Positions 60,642-64,000 of a stretch of 64,000 nt of DNA are shown piece by piece. Location of the stretch: positions 896,001 through 960,000 of the forward strand of contig CAVVTZ010000007.1 of the NCBI GenBank assembly GCA_963751275.1, read 5' to 3'. A program made the translations under genes and the position numbers. Positions within the stretch are counted from its first letter, which is position 1. Every line of letters begins with the position of its first letter. Source of the stretch: an uncultured Gemmatimonadaceae bacterium (GTDB lineage Bacteria; Gemmatimonadota; Gemmatimonadetes; Gemmatimonadales; Gemmatimonadaceae). The notes under the pieces were generated by a model. That model saw only the letters and a program-made list of their open reading frames with translations. It searched no databases and had not been told where the DNA came from.

Positions 60642-61658
60642 CTACTCCCAACCGAATATCTTCTTCCAATCCCGCTTCATCGAGATCACGATCCATCCGG
60701 AATTCACCGCCTCATCATACAACCCCTGCGTGAACGTTCCGACCTTCGTGTCGGGCAGTCCGGTCGCCGGGCCGTAGGCGTATTCGCGCGAGGCGTCGTC
60801 GTGCAGCACGATCATCGCCAGGCGCAGCCCCGTTCCGCCCTTGGTGTATTCGAGCATCTGCTGATCGCCCGTCGAATTCCCGGCGGCGGCGTAGGGGCGG
60901 CGGCCGATCATCAATTGGATCGCCTCGGGCTTTCCGGCGTCGTTGTCGTTGACGATGATCTTCGGAAGCTTCACCAGGTGCGGCGTGCCGCCGTTCGGGA
61001 ACACATACTTCACCTCGCCGGCGCTGCCGACCACCTGCTCGGGCGGCACGCCGTACGTCGCCTCCGCATACGTGCGCACGAAGTCCTGGCCGCCGCCCGT
61101 CACGATGTAGGTCTTGTAGCCATTCGCGCGCAGGTACGCCATCAGCTCCTTCATCGGTTGGTACGTCAGATCGGTGAAGTGCTTGTGCCAGCGCGGGTCC
61201 TGCGCCTGCGCGAGCCACGCGGCGACCTGAGAATGGAATTCGTCGATCGTCATGCCGGACAAGGTCGCGCCGGCCAGCTTCTCGAGATCGAGCATCGAGA
61301 GCTTCGAGATCGCCTCCATGTTCCTCGACATCACCGTCTTGTACGGCTCGACGTTCGCGAGCTTCGGGTCCGCCTTCACGAGCGCGGGCACGCGGTCGAA
61401 GATGTACATCAGCTGCGTATAGGCGGGATGCTCGGTCCAGAGCGTGCCGTCCTGGTCGAAGGTCGCGATGCGCTCCTCGACCGGCACGAAATTGGGTCCG
61501 CCGGGCGTCGTGGTGCCCTGGACGAACGAGACGATCGCCACCTTGGCGCTGCCTTCGTTCCAGGAGGGGAGGGGATCGGACTGCGCGCGCGCGGCGGAGA
61601 CGGAAAGTGCGACAGCGACGAGCGCAGCGGCTGGCGAAGGGCAATGGATGATTCGCAT
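60642..61658 (-). CDS. HAD family hydrolase (nonspecific acid phosphatase-like)
   Basis: LPSWNEG, FDQDGTLW.E.P, YIVTGGG, GNSTGD, ISMKRDW. Confidence 0.92.
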   Translation of the reverse strand: MRIIHCPSPAAALVAVALSVSAARAQSDPLPSWNEGSAKVAIVSFVQGTTTPGGPNFVPVEERIATFDQDGTLWTEHPAYTQLMYIFDRVPALVKADPKLANVEPYKTVMSRNMEAISKLSMLDLEKLAGATLSGMTIDEFHSQVAAWLAQAQDPRWHKHFTDLTYQPMKELMAYLRANGYKTYIVTGGGQDFVRTYAEATYGVPPEQVVGSAGEVKYVFPNGGTPHLVKLPKIIVNDNDAGKPEAIQLMIGRRPYAAAGNSTGDQQMLEYTKGGTGLRLAMIVLHDDASREYAYGPATGLPDTKVGTFTQGLYDEAVNSGWIVISMKRDWKKIFGWE

Positions 61659-61737
61659 CTTCGTTCTCCATCGAGGGTCGTGAGCCGAATAATCGTGCGC
61701 CAGGCCGGCGCGGCGCCAGGGAATACGAGCTTGAGGG

Positions 61738-62050
61738 GCGTGAGGCGCACCCCCCAACGCCGTGAGACGAAACCCGAACGCCGTGAGGCGCGAGGCGCAC
61801 CCCGAATCCCGTGAGGCGTGAGGCGCACCCCGAATCCCGTGAGGCGTGAGGCGTGCGACGAAAGGACCGTACGGCGTGAGGCGCGACCCGAACTCCGTGA
61901 GGCGCGAGCGCACTCACGGCGTTCGGGGTTACGCCTCACGCCGTATCATCAGTTCGCTGCACGCCTCACGCCTCACGGTGTTTCGGGGTGCGCCTCACGC
62001 CGTGCAGTCAGTTCGCCGCACGCCTCACGCCTCACGGAGTTCGGGTTACG
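61738..62050. repeat. Composite GTGAGGC heptamer array, direct then inverted (REP/BIME-like)
   Basis: Many (C)GTGAGGCG copies 61738-61905, including a 28-bp tandem unit, then CGCCTCAC(G) copies 61912-62040. Confidence 0.88.
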
Positions 62051-62148
62051 GCGAACGTTGTCAGGGTTTCCACTCACGCCCCCGCCCCCTCGGGAGTTAC
62101 ATTTGAGCCGCGACAGTCGCCCCCCATCTCCGTCCCCCGGATCTCGAA

Positions 62149-63840
62149 ATGCCCTCCCGTTCGACCTCCATAGCCGCCTGGACCCTCGCGGCGCTCTTGT
62201 CCCTCGGCGCTCTCGCGCCCGTCTCCGCGCAGGACAAGGACTCGGCGCACGCCAAGCCTGCCCCGGACACCACCCAGCGCTACGGCCAACTTCCCGCGAA
62301 GTTCACGATCATGGTGGGCGGCTTCCTCCCGGCGATCGCCTCGAAAGTGCAATTCTCCACCGCGCTCCTCGAGGGAAACGGGATCGATCTGGAGAAGCGT
62401 CTGGGGCTGCAGCCGACGACCCAGAACTTCGAGGCGGGGGCGACATTCCGACTGAGCAAGAAGCAGATGCTCACCTTCGACTATTTCCACCTGAACCGCG
62501 GCGCGAACAAGACGATCGAGGACAGCATCATCTTCGGCGGCAACGTCTATCACGCTGGCGCGACGATCAACACGACCACCGCGATGCAATACTACGGCAT
62601 CCAGTACCGCTACTACATCTGGCGCCGCGAGAAGTGGGAGTTCGGCGCGGGGCTCGGGATCGACGCCTTCAGCCTATCGGGGAAGCTCGGCATCAAGGCC
62701 ACGGTCGAAGGGCAGTCCGACAGCCTGCAGAAGAGCGGCAGTTTCACCGCGCCGGCGCCGATGATCGGCCTCTACGGCGATTGGGAGCTCGTCCCGAAGC
62801 TGTTCCTGCGCGGCGATCTCCAGATGCTCTACATCAATAACGTGTCCGGATACGGCGGCTCGGTGACGGATGACCGCATCGCCGCCGAGTGGTTCCCCTT
62901 CCACAACTACGGCTTCGGGCTGTCCTACCATTACGTCGGGCTCACCGCCAACAAGTTCTTCGACAACGGCGCCGAGCTCACCTACAAGTATGCGATCGAA
63001 GGGCCCTCGCTCTATCTGAAGGCGGCCTTCGGTGCGCCGTCGCCGGTAGCGCCGATCGTATCGAACGAGGTCCCGTATCCCGACAGCCTGCCGCGGTACG
63101 GAATGGTCCCGCACCCCTGGCAGTTCGCGATCGGCGGCTACGGGCCGGCGGTCAACTCGGACGCGCAATTCACCAATTCGTCGGGCACCTATCCCGGCAT
63201 CGATCTCGAGAAGATCCTCAAGCTGCCGACGACCTCGAAGGACATCGATCTCCATGCGGCGTTCCAGTGGGGCGGGAGGAACATGCTGACGGCGGAGTAC
63301 TTCAGCGTGGTGCGCAACGGCGAGAACACGATCGCCGACACGATCCACTTCGGCGACTCCACGTACGCGCCCGGCGTGACGCTGAGCTCCACGGCCAACT
63401 TCCACTACGTCGGTCTCTCCTACCGCTACTACATCTGGCAGAAGGACTGGTGGCAGCTCGGCGCCGGGATCGGCATCGACTGGGTCGCGAGCGCGATGAG
63501 CTTCGGCATCGCGGGCCCTGAAGGGCATCGGACCTCGGTGAACGGCAGCGGGATCAGCGCGGCGGTGCCGCTGCTCGGCATCTACGCGGACTTCGCGCCC
63601 GCCTCCAACCTCTTCGTTCGCCTGCAAGGCGAACTGTTGCCCTTCAACATCGACAGCTACGCCGGCCACGTCACCGACGACCGGCTGAACCTCGAATGGT
63701 TCCCCTTCAAGAACTACGGCCTCGGACTCGGCTATCACTTCCTGAACGCCGACATCACGAAGACCCTGCGCAATGGCAATGCGGTGTCACTCGATTATCA
63801 GCTGAACGGGCCGTTCCTGTATCTAACGGCGGCGTTCTGA
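62149..63840 (+). CDS. Outer-membrane protein with two tandem homologous beta-barrel domains
   Basis: Both halves share GIDLEK.L.L, YRYYIW, GAG.GID, P..G.Y.D, VTDDR..EWFPF.NYG.GL.YH, GP.LYL.AAF. Confidence 0.85.
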   Translation: MPSRSTSIAAWTLAALLSLGALAPVSAQDKDSAHAKPAPDTTQRYGQLPAKFTIMVGGFLPAIASKVQFSTALLEGNGIDLEKRLGLQPTTQNFEAGATFRLSKKQMLTFDYFHLNRGANKTIEDSIIFGGNVYHAGATINTTTAMQYYGIQYRYYIWRREKWEFGAGLGIDAFSLSGKLGIKATVEGQSDSLQKSGSFTAPAPMIGLYGDWELVPKLFLRGDLQMLYINNVSGYGGSVTDDRIAAEWFPFHNYGFGLSYHYVGLTANKFFDNGAELTYKYAIEGPSLYLKAAFGAPSPVAPIVSNEVPYPDSLPRYGMVPHPWQFAIGGYGPAVNSDAQFTNSSGTYPGIDLEKILKLPTTSKDIDLHAAFQWGGRNMLTAEYFSVVRNGENTIADTIHFGDSTYAPGVTLSSTANFHYVGLSYRYYIWQKDWWQLGAGIGIDWVASAMSFGIAGPEGHRTSVNGSGISAAVPLLGIYADFAPASNLFVRLQGELLPFNIDSYAGHVTDDRLNLEWFPFKNYGLGLGYHFLNADITKTLRNGNAVSLDYQLNGPFLYLTAAF

Positions 63841-63872
63841 ACCACAGGCCTAGGCCTAGCGCCTAGGTCTGC

Positions 63873-64000
63873 TCAAGCGAACACCCGCCGCCGGGCCCGG
63901 ATCTCCTTCTCGAGCCGGCCGCACATGATGTCGCAGAGGCGGAAGACGTCGGGATCGGCGAGCGTGTAGTACGTGCTGACGCCCTCCTTCCGCCGCTCGA
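63873..64000 (-). CDS. ArsR/SmtB family regulator, 3' end (runs off the window)
   Basis: Manual translation ERRKEGVSTYYTLADPDVFRLCDIMCGRLEKEIRARRRVFA*. Confidence 0.75.
   Translation of the reverse strand, partial: ERRKEGVSTYYTLADPDVFRLCDIMCGRLEKEIRARRRVFA

Noticed and set aside
61738..62050. Possible CRISPR array
   Set aside because: Short irregular units, related linkers, orientation flip, no cas genes.

Overview
High-GC bacterial window. The gene content (Hanks kinase with PD40 repeats, duplicated ADOP-type ABC permease, several sulfatases) suggests Gemmatimonadota or a similar lineage; this is an inference. After typA and two secreted paralogues lies an intact tRNA-Ile(GAT) at 4437-4510. 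It is followed by a ~21 kb tandem array of 1.4-7 kb cargo modules. The first four modules each end in a copy of the tRNA 3' half preceded by an att-like arm with identical spacing; two degenerate copies follow, and no integrase is present in the window. A second system consists of two GxxExxY (PD-(D/E)XK-like) genes, each enclosed by ~40-47 bp inverted repeats with core ACTGCTTTGACAGGAT, plus three gene-less palindromes of the same family. The remainder encodes a sulfatase/DUF3604/HAD-rich envelope region, mgtA, carbonic anhydrase, hydrolases and outer-membrane proteins. About a dozen genes carry frameshifts that most likely reflect sequencing indels.
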